From assembly GCA_002412885.1 (NCBI GenBank), contig DHVX01000042.1:9092-73091 (forward strand): a DNA stretch of 64,000 bases, read 5' to 3'. Positions 18,229 through 27,895 of this stretch are shown here, piece by piece. Position numbers and translations under genes: made by a program. Position 1 is the first letter of the stretch. Each line of letters begins with the position of its first letter. Source of the DNA: Bacteroidales bacterium UBA5197 (GTDB taxonomy: Bacteria; Bacteroidota; Bacteroidia; Bacteroidales; Lentimicrobiaceae). Under the pieces are notes generated by a model, which worked only from the letters and a program-made list of their open reading frames with translations, made no database searches and had not been told where the DNA came from.

Positions 18229-19320
18229 TTATTGCCTGAATTTGTTTAATAATTCATTTAAAACTGTTTTGTAGCCGGTTTTTTCGTTGGAAAGTTGAAT
18301 GCCGCTCAACAATGAAGCTTTGCTGAATGCATCAGGCAGGTTCATCCGCTTTTGACTTGTAGTATAAAAAATTCCTGCTTTGGATAAATTGGCAGCCAGA
18401 TATTCCTGTTCGGTTTGTCCTGGCGTAGGAACAAGAATGGCTTTGTTACCCGAAAATGCGATGTCCATAAGTGTTGAATACCCAGCCCGGCATATTACCA
18501 TGGGTCCGCTTCTGAGAATGCCTTCAAGCTCATCCGACGTCAGGTGGTCGGCAACATCGAGTGACCTACGCAGGGTTTTAATTTTGGTGTTGCCTGGAAT
18601 GCCGCGAATGAGAAGACAAGACTTGTCATTTACCGGCAATTGCGCCAGAAGCTTTTCTTCAAATGTGGTTCGTTGTGTTTCGGGGCCAGATACGATGGCA
18701 ATGATTTCATAGCGCCTTTCGGGTGATGATATGGTTGCTGATCTGTCAAACCGGCTCAGAATCCCTATGTACTTGCAGTTTGATGGAATATTGGTTCCAT
18801 GAGAAAGATCGCCGGAAAGGTTCTGTTTGCCTTCAAAATCAGGAATCCAGCATTCATCAAATCTGCGGATGTATTTGTGGGTTAAGCTGTGAAGCCATTG
18901 GCCAGCAATTTTTAAAGTGGGAGGGACAATAATATTAACCTGATGGGTTATTAATACTGAATAAACATTTTTATTCCATAAGCCATAACGGTTATCGGAG
19001 ATAACAACATCAATATCCTTCTCTTTTATTATGCTTTTTAACAGCTTGTTTTCTCTGGTGATTTTAAGAAATAATCGGGGGACTTCGGTCAGAACCTTAA
19101 AAGCAATGGGTACAAAACGGTTGTAAGTCATTTTGTAGCCGGGAAGTAAGATATATTCCAAATCAGGAAATTCTTCCCTGAGCAAAGTAAGTTGAGGCCC
19201 GTCTGAGGCAATAATTACCTCTGCTCCGCTCTCTTTAAGGTGTCTGATGATTGGAATGCAACGGGTCGCATGACCTAATCCCCAATCGAGCGGGCAAACC
19301 AATACTTTGGGATTTTTCAT
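18229..19320 (-). CDS. Glycosyltransferase (GT-B fold, GT28-like C-terminus)
   Basis: PLDWGLGHATRC, ISDNRYG, CRAGYSTLMD, PTPGQTEQEYLA. Confidence 0.85.
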   Translation of the reverse strand: MKNPKVLVCPLDWGLGHATRCIPIIRHLKESGAEVIIASDGPQLTLLREEFPDLEYILLPGYKMTYNRFVPIAFKVLTEVPRLFLKITRENKLLKSIIKEKDIDVVISDNRYGLWNKNVYSVLITHQVNIIVPPTLKIAGQWLHSLTHKYIRRFDECWIPDFEGKQNLSGDLSHGTNIPSNCKYIGILSRFDRSATISSPERRYEIIAIVSGPETQRTTFEEKLLAQLPVNDKSCLLIRGIPGNTKIKTLRRSLDVADHLTSDELEGILRSGPMVICRAGYSTLMDIAFSGNKAILVPTPGQTEQEYLAANLSKAGIFYTTSQKRMNLPDAFSKASLLSGIQLSNEKTGYKTVLNELLNKFRQ

Positions 19321-19426
19321 GTGGATTGTTGCAGGTTTTTAATACTTTGTGCAAATATAGATACGGAGGGGCAGCAATTGATCGCTTATTAAAGATTTAA
19401 TAAAAAGTTCATATATTCGCACCACT

Positions 19427-20542
19427 ATGAATGCAGCCGATCAGGAAACATTATTATATCAGATAGCCATTACTTTATTGCCTGGCGTGGGCGATGTAAA
19501 TGCCCGGAAGTTAATAGCTTATACCGGCAGTCCTATGGCTGTTTTTCGCGAAAGCAAAGCCGGATTGTTAAAAATCCCGGGAATGGGACAGATGACTGTT
19601 GACCAGATTGCAAAAAACAAAAGTGTGGTTGATCGCGCTGCCCGTGAAGTTGAATTTATCACGAAATATAAAATCCAAACCAGCTTTTTTACTGATGCGC
19701 ATTATCCCGAAAGGTTAAGGCATTGCACCGACAGCCCGGTTTTGATTTACTCGCTGGGGAATATGGATCTGAATGCACCCCACATTGTGAGTGTAGTCGG
19801 TACCCGAAGAGCCAGTGATTACGGAAAAGAGATGTGCCGGAAACTGATCGCCGGGTTAAAAGAGCTTGGTGTTCTTGTTGTCAGCGGACTTGCTTACGGA
19901 ATTGATACCTGTGCCCACAAATCGGCGTTGGATGAGGATCTGAAAACAGTTGGTGTGCTGGCGCATGGCCTCGACAGGATATATCCACCGATGAATTTCA
20001 ACCTTTCGCAGCGTATGCTTGAACAAGGTGGGCTGGTGACTGAATTTATGAGCGAAACCAATCCCGACCGGGAAAACTTTCCCAAAAGAAACAGAATAAT
20101 TGCCGGATTGGCTGATGCAACAGTGGTGATTGAAGCCGGATCGCGCGGTGGAGCGCTTATCACAGCTGATATCGCAAATTCTTACAACCGCGATGTGTTT
20201 GCAGTGCCCGGCAGAATTAATGATCTGATGTCGGAAGGTTGTAATCATCTGATAAAAACCAACAGAGCGGCTCTGGTTCAGACATCAAAGGATATTCTGT
20301 ACATTATGGGATGGGAAAAAACAGTTGCCCGAAAGGAATCTGTGCAGCGAAAATTATTTGTTCAGCTTCAGCCCGACGAAGAAGTTGTGGTGAGTCTGCT
20401 TCAGGAAAACGGAGACTGCAGCATGGATAAAATCTGCCTTTCATCCGGAATACAGACAAGCAAAATTGCAGCAGCACTGCTGAATCTTGAATTTGAGGGA
20501 ATTGTGAAGAGCCTTCCCGGCAAAATGTACAGATTAGTATGA
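19427..20542 (+). CDS. dprA: DNA-processing protein DprA
   Basis: VVGTRRAS, VSGLAYGID, FPKRNRIIAGL, EAGSRGGALITA; C-terminal winged helix. Confidence 0.96.
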   Translation: MNAADQETLLYQIAITLLPGVGDVNARKLIAYTGSPMAVFRESKAGLLKIPGMGQMTVDQIAKNKSVVDRAAREVEFITKYKIQTSFFTDAHYPERLRHCTDSPVLIYSLGNMDLNAPHIVSVVGTRRASDYGKEMCRKLIAGLKELGVLVVSGLAYGIDTCAHKSALDEDLKTVGVLAHGLDRIYPPMNFNLSQRMLEQGGLVTEFMSETNPDRENFPKRNRIIAGLADATVVIEAGSRGGALITADIANSYNRDVFAVPGRINDLMSEGCNHLIKTNRAALVQTSKDILYIMGWEKTVARKESVQRKLFVQLQPDEEVVVSLLQENGDCSMDKICLSSGIQTSKIAAALLNLEFEGIVKSLPGKMYRLV

Positions 20543-21196
20543 GTCAGATGGAGTGGTTATGCTCTTTTTGACCAGGATGATTGAAATGAACAGAAGACCT
20601 CCGGCAACCAGATAGAAAAAAAGCATATCGTTGCTAAGCAGTGTAAACCGGAATAATCCGTGAAAGAATGCAGCGGCACCTAAGCCTGTCATGGAATCGA
20701 TAAACTTGTTTTTCCGTACTTTCCCCATGCCTGAGAAAAATCCCAGAATTACTGCCAGCAAAGCATTCATTGGGCCAATGGCAATAATATATAGCCAGTC
20801 ACCTTCTACTTTAACACCAAAGTATTGGTAATATATCGCGTATAAAGTAGTTAATCCGGTAGAAATGGCAATGGTGTAGATAATGCCATCCGGTGCACCG
20901 TTAAAACTCTTGTGTTTCATGATGCCGGCAAACAGCGGGATGAATTTACTCAGTTCTGTCACAAAACCGACAAATACGAAAGAATACATAAACATTCTCC
21001 GGATACTCAGTGCACCATCAAGGTTCAGATAATTGGCCAGCAGATTGGCCAGAATAACCGGAATGGCCATTAGACACCCCAGTCCCAATGCCTTGAAAAA
21101 TAATCGAAATTGTCCTTTAGGATATCTATAGCGCAAATATAGGAACAGCATCAGAAAGATAAACGGTGAAATCAACAAGGGAAGTATTTCTTTCAT
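20534..21196 (-). CDS. PrsW-family intramembrane protease-like protein
   Basis: Multiple TM helices; ELSKF, DGIIY and HG motifs, but the canonical EE pair appears degenerate (VTELSK). Confidence 0.6.
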   Translation of the reverse strand: MKEILPLLISPFIFLMLFLYLRYRYPKGQFRLFFKALGLGCLMAIPVILANLLANYLNLDGALSIRRMFMYSFVFVGFVTELSKFIPLFAGIMKHKSFNGAPDGIIYTIAISTGLTTLYAIYYQYFGVKVEGDWLYIIAIGPMNALLAVILGFFSGMGKVRKNKFIDSMTGLGAAAFFHGLFRFTLLSNDMLFFYLVAGGLLFISIILVKKSITTPSDSY

Positions 21197-21418
21197 GTCA
21201 TCAAAGATTATGGTTCGTTCAAATACTATTTTGAAATTGATGATCTTTTATATTACAGCAAAAACATCCTGTCCGGAAACTTAAGTCAATAGCATTAATA
21301 TGAGTTGGGAAAGTAATGAAATGGCAGGACAAGGAATCTGAAATTGTTTATTAACCACAAATTTAGGGAATATTACTAACTTTACGAACGAATAATGTAA
21401 AATTAATTTAATTTTTAT

Positions 21419-21685
21419 ATGATGATTCTTCAGCAGCAACTCACTGATAACCAAATAGAAGAACTTGGAGTCAGGCAATGGCCAATCTGGGAAAAGGAAA
21501 TTTCCCGGTTTTCATATGTTTATGAAGAGGAAGAATTGTGCTATTTTCTTGAGGGAATTGTAGTAGTAGAAACGGAACAAGGGGCAACAACCATCAGAAA
21601 AGGCGATTACATAACTTTTCCAAAGGGCTTGAGTTGCGTTTGGGACATCAAGGAACCGGTTCGCAAACATTACTTGTTCAGATAG
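21419..21685 (+). CDS. Small cupin (DUF861-like)
   Basis: WPIWEKE..F...Y..EELCYFLEG...KGDYITFPKGLSCVWDI..PVRKHY. Confidence 0.85.
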   Translation: MMILQQQLTDNQIEELGVRQWPIWEKEISRFSYVYEEEELCYFLEGIVVVETEQGATTIRKGDYITFPKGLSCVWDIKEPVRKHYLFR

Positions 21686-21687
21686 TT

Positions 21688-22629
21688 ATGGCGCTGATAA
21701 AGGGTGTAGTTATCCGGTCAACCGGAAGTTGGGTCGCAGTTATGTCCGATGATGGTGTAATTGCCGACTGCAGGATAAAAGGGAATTTCAGGATGAAGGG
21801 TTTCCGTTCAACCAATCCGGTTGCGGTTGGCGATGTGGTGGAGTATCAGCTTCAACCCAATGAAGACACCGGCGTAATTCATACCATTCACCAAAGACAT
21901 AATTTTATTGTCCGTAAAGCAACCCGCTTATCGAAACAGTCTCATATCATTGCCTCAAATATCGATCAGGCAGTGGTCATGGCTACCATTTCCAGCCCCA
22001 GAACATCCACCGGTTTTATCGACAGGTTTCTGGTTACAGCCGAAGCATATCATATTCCAGTTTCAATCTTTATCAATAAATGTGACTTATACAAAGATGG
22101 CGATCTGGTTAAACTGAACGATATGATGTCGCTCTATAGTTCAATCGGCTATACTTGTTTTACCACCTCAGTAGTTTCCGGTCTTGGACTTCAGGAGGTG
22201 CGAAGTTTTCTTTCGGGCAAAGTAACGCTGATGAGCGGACATTCAGGAGTCGGTAAATCAGCGCTTATCAATGCCATTGAACCCGGGTTGAAGCAGAAAG
22301 TCGGCGTAATTTCCGAGTATCATCACAAAGGAAAACACACCACCACTTATGCCGAAATGCTGCCATTGGCCGGTGGCGGATTTGTAATTGACACACCGGG
22401 AATTAAAGAATTCGGGTTGATTCACTTCGATAAACAGGAGGTTGCCGAACGTTTCCCCGAAATGCGCGTACTTATGCATGGTTGTCAGTTTAACAATTGT
22501 ACCCATGTGCATGAACCGGGATGTGCTGTAAAAAGCGCGCTTAATGATGGCAGAATCAGTAAATCGAGGTACAACAATTACATAAGCATCATCAACGATG
22601 AGTACTTTGAGGAAAAAGAATGGGATTAA
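21688..22629 (+). CDS. rsgA: Ribosome small subunit-dependent GTPase A
   Basis: NKCD, GHSGVGKS, GKHTTT, DTPG, C..CTH.HEPGC zinc finger. Confidence 0.96.
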   Translation: MALIKGVVIRSTGSWVAVMSDDGVIADCRIKGNFRMKGFRSTNPVAVGDVVEYQLQPNEDTGVIHTIHQRHNFIVRKATRLSKQSHIIASNIDQAVVMATISSPRTSTGFIDRFLVTAEAYHIPVSIFINKCDLYKDGDLVKLNDMMSLYSSIGYTCFTTSVVSGLGLQEVRSFLSGKVTLMSGHSGVGKSALINAIEPGLKQKVGVISEYHHKGKHTTTYAEMLPLAGGGFVIDTPGIKEFGLIHFDKQEVAERFPEMRVLMHGCQFNNCTHVHEPGCAVKSALNDGRISKSRYNNYISIINDEYFEEKEWD

Positions 22630-22716
22630 CATGGATTGAAGAATCACACGATGTCGTCCACTGCAGCTGAAGGCAAAGAGTTATTCTACAGGCGCTTAAT
22701 TATATTTTGATTTGAT

Positions 22717-23169
22717 ATGAGAGTAGTAGTTCAAAGGGTGCTCAGTGCTGAAGTCAGCAGCGCAGCGCATGGATCTGCCAATATCGGCAACGGCATGATG
22801 ATTCTTTTAGGAATAGAACATGACGACAGTGTCGGGGATATCGATTGGTTGTTGGGCAAGTTGATCCGACTCCGGATTTTTGATGATGAAGCGGGAATAA
22901 TGAACCTTTCGGTCATGGATATTGCAGGCAGCATGTTGGTGGTGAGCCAGTTTACCCTGCATGCAAGCACCCGCAAAGGCAACCGGCCGTCGTACATTAA
23001 AGCAGCCAATCCTGATAAAGCCATTCCGCTTTACGAAGCCTTTGTTGAAAGGCTAAAGAGTGAATCGGGATTAAAGGTAGAATGTGGATGGTTTGGCGCG
23101 AACATGCAGATATCTCTTATCAACGATGGCCCGGTTACCATAATTATTGATACAAAAAACCGGGAATAA
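22717..23169 (+). CDS. dtd: D-aminoacyl-tRNA deacylase
   Basis: MRVVVQRV, VSQFTL, KGNRPSY, NDGPVT. Confidence 0.97.
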   Translation: MRVVVQRVLSAEVSSAAHGSANIGNGMMILLGIEHDDSVGDIDWLLGKLIRLRIFDDEAGIMNLSVMDIAGSMLVVSQFTLHASTRKGNRPSYIKAANPDKAIPLYEAFVERLKSESGLKVECGWFGANMQISLINDGPVTIIIDTKNRE

Positions 23170-23221
23170 ACTCCTGAGTCAATTGACCCAGTAATTATCC
23201 CCGGAAAAAAAAACAAACTTG

Positions 23222-25558
23222 TCAGAATCCTAAACTCATTCCAAAGCTGGGCATAATCGGCAACTGATTCACTTTTTCGCCGGTAATACGATTTACATAA
23301 AAAATGTTGTCGCGATCGTAAATATTGGTGACACTCAGGTTAAACTCAAGCATTCCTCTTTCGCCGATTCGTATTCTGTGCATCATGCTTAAATCAAGTC
23401 TGTGATAATAAGGTAATCTGGCTTTGTTATAATCTGAGTAAATGATTCCAAGCTGACCATTTGAAATGTTATAGTTTGTAGCAGCTCCTTGCTCAAACGT
23501 CAGTTTTTCGTAAAATCCGCCGGTTTGCGTAAACGGGAAACCTGATCCGAGATTCCAGCGTGCATTGAACTCCCAGTTCAGCTCTTTTCCAAAACGGTAT
23601 GAACCAACCAGATTTACATTGTGGCGTCTGTCATAGTGAGGTACATAATTTATCACGCCGTCGTAGCGGTTTACATATGCCAGAGAATAAACAGCCCACA
23701 GATATATTTTCCTGACTTCATATTTTATGGAAACGTCAAATCCATTGGCATTGCCATTTTCTATGATAAAATCTTTACGCAGGTAATCCGGTTTGTAGTT
23801 GGGGTCGTTTGGATTGTTGTAATCTCCGTTGTCGTCAAATATTTTGTTGCGGTTGATGTTGGTGAGTTGCGAAAAATTCTTGTAATAGACCTCCACGTTG
23901 ACTGTCATATTTTTGAGCGGGTCAAACTCTGCACCGAGTATTATATGCTCTGATTTTTGAAGCTTATGGTCCACGTCTTTGCCATCAAAGGTTTGTTGCA
24001 GGTTGTCGGGGCCTGAAAGAAATCCATAAAACAGGTTGACAATATCACGGTCGGAATTTGCACTGATGAGATTCTGCGAATAAAGGCCTGCCGCCATTTT
24101 CAGGCGGAATTTTTCGGTAAAATTATACTTCATTGCCAATCGGGGTTCCGGTGAAAAATTGGCGAGGGAAGCATAATACTGCATCCTGAATCCAGGTTCG
24201 AAAAGCAGTTTGCCGCGTGTCATCTTATACTTGACAAAGCCGGCAATTTCAGTTGTGTTTTCAACCTGCGATATTTTGCGGCCTATCAGATTTGTAAAAT
24301 CAAATTCGGTTTTAAAGCCCTGCATTTCTATTCCATACTTAATTTCATCTTTTCCAAGATAATAAGTAAAGCCCATACCAAGGTTAAATCCATTGATTGA
24401 GCTGGTTCTTTCGGGCAATGCACCCTCTTTCATTGAAATATTGTAGGATGAATAGGCAAAATTACCTTCCATGAGCACGGGATTGTTGCCGGGAATCACA
24501 ACCCAGTTGGTACCTCCTCCGGTTGAATTCCACTGATATGTTGCCAGGTCAGTATAGTCAACTTTGTCGTTGAAGTTAAATCCGTATATATTGACTTTTG
24601 ATCCGTTAGAAGCATTGATTGAGACCTTCCCGTAAACGTCGGTATAGTTGAACGGAAGTCCGGCAGTATCAATGTAATTGTAGAAAATGTCTGAAGTCTC
24701 CTTAAGGTAAGAGTTTTTGGCTGAGATGAGAAACGAAATGCTCCCACCGTTGTCTTTCTGCTTTTTTATAGGGCCTTCGAGCATCAGCTTAGCGCCGAAA
24801 GTGCTGGCTCCTGCTTTTCCGGCAATGTGTTTTTTGTTGCCGTCGCGGGTGGTTAAATCCATTACAGATGAAATCCTGCCGCCATGTTCTGCATTAAAAC
24901 CTCCGGTATAAATATCGGCATTACGGAGGATATCGGTATCAAATACCGAAAAAAGTCCGATCGAGTGAAACGGATTGTAAATAATCATTCCATCGAGCAA
25001 TACTTTATTCTGAATCGGTGATCCTCCGCGTATATATAACTGACCTCCCTGATCTCCTGTGAAGACAACGCCAGGCAATACCTGTAGATACTGTGCAAGG
25101 TCAGGTTGTCCTCCAATGCTGGGAATGCGGCTGATCTGTTTGGGTGTTAACTTGATAACTGAGGTACGGGTATCGTTTCTGGCTTCTTCGCGGTCGGCGG
25201 TAATCATTACCGCATCCAGGTTGAATGCTGCTTTGGTAAGGAATAAATTTTTGGTGATTACGGTGTTGCCTTTTATTGAAACGGGTAATTGAAGAGTATC
25301 AAATCCGAGGTAGGTAACCATCAAGGTATAATCTCCGTCAGGAATCCTTGAAATGGTGAAATAACCGTTTACATCGGTTGTAGATCCGTATGTAGTTTTG
25401 TAAAGGTAAACATTGGTAAAAATAATGGGTTCGCCCGATTCTTTTTCGTAAACAAAGCCTCTGATGGTTCCATTCTGGGCCGAAATTTCAACAGATTGCA
25501 GGATGAGTCCTGTGAGAGCAATTGCAGCGATTACAACTGCTTTAAAGAATTTACGCAT
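23222..25558 (-). CDS. TonB-dependent receptor
   Basis: Signal peptide, plug motif LQVLPGV..GGQLYIRGG, C-terminal Phe. Confidence 0.88.
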   Translation of the reverse strand: MRKFFKAVVIAAIALTGLILQSVEISAQNGTIRGFVYEKESGEPIIFTNVYLYKTTYGSTTDVNGYFTISRIPDGDYTLMVTYLGFDTLQLPVSIKGNTVITKNLFLTKAAFNLDAVMITADREEARNDTRTSVIKLTPKQISRIPSIGGQPDLAQYLQVLPGVVFTGDQGGQLYIRGGSPIQNKVLLDGMIIYNPFHSIGLFSVFDTDILRNADIYTGGFNAEHGGRISSVMDLTTRDGNKKHIAGKAGASTFGAKLMLEGPIKKQKDNGGSISFLISAKNSYLKETSDIFYNYIDTAGLPFNYTDVYGKVSINASNGSKVNIYGFNFNDKVDYTDLATYQWNSTGGGTNWVVIPGNNPVLMEGNFAYSSYNISMKEGALPERTSSINGFNLGMGFTYYLGKDEIKYGIEMQGFKTEFDFTNLIGRKISQVENTTEIAGFVKYKMTRGKLLFEPGFRMQYYASLANFSPEPRLAMKYNFTEKFRLKMAAGLYSQNLISANSDRDIVNLFYGFLSGPDNLQQTFDGKDVDHKLQKSEHIILGAEFDPLKNMTVNVEVYYKNFSQLTNINRNKIFDDNGDYNNPNDPNYKPDYLRKDFIIENGNANGFDVSIKYEVRKIYLWAVYSLAYVNRYDGVINYVPHYDRRHNVNLVGSYRFGKELNWEFNARWNLGSGFPFTQTGGFYEKLTFEQGAATNYNISNGQLGIIYSDYNKARLPYYHRLDLSMMHRIRIGERGMLEFNLSVTNIYDRDNIFYVNRITGEKVNQLPIMPSFGMSLGF

Positions 25559-25715
25559 ATTGCAGGAAATGAGTAATTAGAGTTTGTCAGTTTTATACTT
25601 GCAGATAAATGAAGAAATACTTCTGTTCAAAACCGCTTATGCAAAATTAGTTTTTTTATGCTTTCATCTTTAGAATTCACTGCAATTATCGAAAAACGCT
25701 GAAGTTTTTTATAAA

Positions 25716-26210
25716 TTACTGATCTAAAGCTGTGGATTTGGTCATCAAAACAAGTTCATCCGGATCAATTTCAGGCAGAAACCTTGCTGCATGTTTTTTA
25801 TCCGGGATGTCGCATGTGTTTTTTTTGCCAAATACAGTGTATCTGTTTTTTGCAATTATCCTGTAAAGAAATTCTCTGAAACCCAATGGGATGATCCGCA
25901 GCAAACGTGCTGATTTCCAGATGCCGCCAATCCTGATCAGGATCATTATAATTGCCTCTGATCCGCTGTAAAGCTTTTCATTTTCAATGTAAAGGATGCT
26001 TTCCGGCTGACTGCCTTTCTGTTTTTTCGGATCTTGGTGATCTGAAGCTAAAGTTTGTTTGAAGCTGGTAAACTGAAGTACTTTCCTTTTGTCAATCCTC
26101 AGAAGAAATTTAACAGCATTGCTGCACAAAACACAAAAACCATCATAAATCACCAGGCCGGAGTCTGTTGGATAATGAGATTTTGGGATTGTTTGAGAAT
26201 TATCAGGCAT
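25716..26210 (-). CDS. DCC-family thiol-disulfide oxidoreductase-like protein
   Basis: YDGFCVLC; LYRIIAKNRYTVFGK..C. Confidence 0.85.
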   Translation of the reverse strand: MPDNSQTIPKSHYPTDSGLVIYDGFCVLCSNAVKFLLRIDKRKVLQFTSFKQTLASDHQDPKKQKGSQPESILYIENEKLYSGSEAIIMILIRIGGIWKSARLLRIIPLGFREFLYRIIAKNRYTVFGKKNTCDIPDKKHAARFLPEIDPDELVLMTKSTALDQ

Positions 26211-26214
26211 TGGC

Positions 26215-26274
26215 GAGGTTGAGGCTGAGGTTGAGGTTGAGGTTAAGGTTTAGGTTGAGGTTAAGGTTTAGGAT
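26215..26274. repeat. Hexamer tandem repeat (DAGGTT)x10
   Basis: gaggtt gaggct gaggtt gaggtt gaggtt aaggtt taggtt gaggtt aaggtt taggat. Confidence 0.9.
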
Positions 26275-26285
26275 CAATAACGTCA

Positions 26286-26392
26286 AAAACACTTCGACTC
26301 TCAGTGTGACATACGTATTATGTAAGCATTGATTCTATTTAATACATTAATATTCAATTAAATACGATGTCATCCTGAGCGGAGTCGAAGGA
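26286..26392 (+). mobile_element. REPIN-like element, family A copy 1
   Basis: CACTTCGACTC-TCAGTGTGACA, 56-nt spacer, TGTCATCCTGAGCGGAGTCGAAGGA. Confidence 0.85.
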
Positions 26393-26523
26393 TTCCCATT
26401 TATTTTATGTGCAAATCCGGGACCAAAACAAGAAAAATTAATTCTTAAGTATTGATTACATGCCTATTAACAAACAAAAAAACTTTCAGTTTGTAGGTCT
26501 TTGATTTTTCATAATTACTTTCT

Positions 26524-26531
26524 TACCTTTG
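26524..26531 (+). promoter_or_regulatory. -7 promoter box upstream of icd
   Basis: TACCTTTG. Confidence 0.55.
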
Positions 26532-26582
26532 TGTTTTCAAATATTGCGTGTTCGTACATAATTAACTAACTAAATACGTATA

Positions 26583-27857
26583 ATGAGCGAGAATCTGATT
26601 TCAATTGTTGCCGGGAAACTCCACGTACCGGATCAACCTGTTATTCCATTTATTGAAGGCGATGGCACTGGTGCCGACATCTGGGCTGCATCTGTAAGGG
26701 TTTTAGATGCTGCTGTTGAGAAGGCTTATTCCGGTAAACGAAAATTATTGTGGAAAGAAGTTCTGGCGGGCGAGAAATCGTTCAACAAAACCGGAAACTG
26801 GCTTCCTGAAGAAACTTTAGAAGCTTTCAGGAAATATAAAGTAGGTATCAAAGGGCCTTTAACCACTCCGGTGGGAGGTGGCATACGTTCGTTGAATGTC
26901 GCACTTCGTCAGCAACTTGATCTCTATGTTTGTCTGCGTCCTGTGCGCTGGTTTGACGGCGTACCGAGTCCTGTTAAAGATCCTTCAAAGGTTGATATGC
27001 ACATCTTCCGCGAAAACACCGAAGATATTTATGCCGGTATCGAATTTATGAGCGGAACTCCTGAAGCCGATAAAGTACTTGCGTTTTTGAAAAATGAAAT
27101 GGGTGTCAATAAAATCCGTTTTCCTGAAACCAGTTCAATCGGCATTAAACCCGTTTCAAAAGAAGGCGCCGAAAGGCTTGTACGTGCAGCCCTGAATTAT
27201 ACAATTGAACGCAAACTGCCCTCGTTGACCATCGTTCATAAAGGCAACATCATGAAGTTCACCGAAGGGGCATTCAAAAAATGGGGCTACGAATTGGCCC
27301 GCCGTGAGTATGCCGACAAAACCTTCACCTGGGCTGAGTATGACGAAATTGCTGAAAAATCGGGCAAAGAAGTTGCTGATAAAGCTCAGCAAACTGCCAT
27401 TAAAAGCGGTAAAATTCTGGTGAAAGATGTAATCGCTGATGCTTTTCTTCAGCAGATATTGCTTCGTCCGGCGGAGTATTCAGTTATAGCCACTTTAAAC
27501 CTCAATGGCGACTACATTTCTGATGCACTTGCTGCAATTGTTGGAGGAATCGGCATTGCCCCGGGTGCAAACATCAACTATGTTACCGGTCATGCCATTT
27601 TTGAAGCTACCCACGGAACAGCGCCCAAATACGCAGGACTTGATATGGTGAATCCCGGTTCGGTGATACTTTCGGGAGCCATGATGCTGGAATATCTGGG
27701 CTGGAACGAAGCCGCTGATCTGATCTATAGTTCCATAAGAAAAACCATCCTTTCGGGGAAAGTCACTTATGATTTTCACAGGCTTATGGCAAATGCAACC
27801 AAACTAAAAACTTCTGAATTTGGAACTGAGATTGTAAATACAATCAAAAATTCCTGA
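26583..27857 (+). CDS. icd: NADP-dependent isocitrate dehydrogenase
   Basis: [46 protein letters not shown]. Confidence 0.97.
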   Translation: MSENLISIVAGKLHVPDQPVIPFIEGDGTGADIWAASVRVLDAAVEKAYSGKRKLLWKEVLAGEKSFNKTGNWLPEETLEAFRKYKVGIKGPLTTPVGGGIRSLNVALRQQLDLYVCLRPVRWFDGVPSPVKDPSKVDMHIFRENTEDIYAGIEFMSGTPEADKVLAFLKNEMGVNKIRFPETSSIGIKPVSKEGAERLVRAALNYTIERKLPSLTIVHKGNIMKFTEGAFKKWGYELARREYADKTFTWAEYDEIAEKSGKEVADKAQQTAIKSGKILVKDVIADAFLQQILLRPAEYSVIATLNLNGDYISDALAAIVGGIGIAPGANINYVTGHAIFEATHGTAPKYAGLDMVNPGSVILSGAMMLEYLGWNEAADLIYSSIRKTILSGKVTYDFHRLMANATKLKTSEFGTEIVNTIKNS

Positions 27858-27895
27858 CCCAATAAAGAATTTATTAACTTTTATACCTGAAGCCG

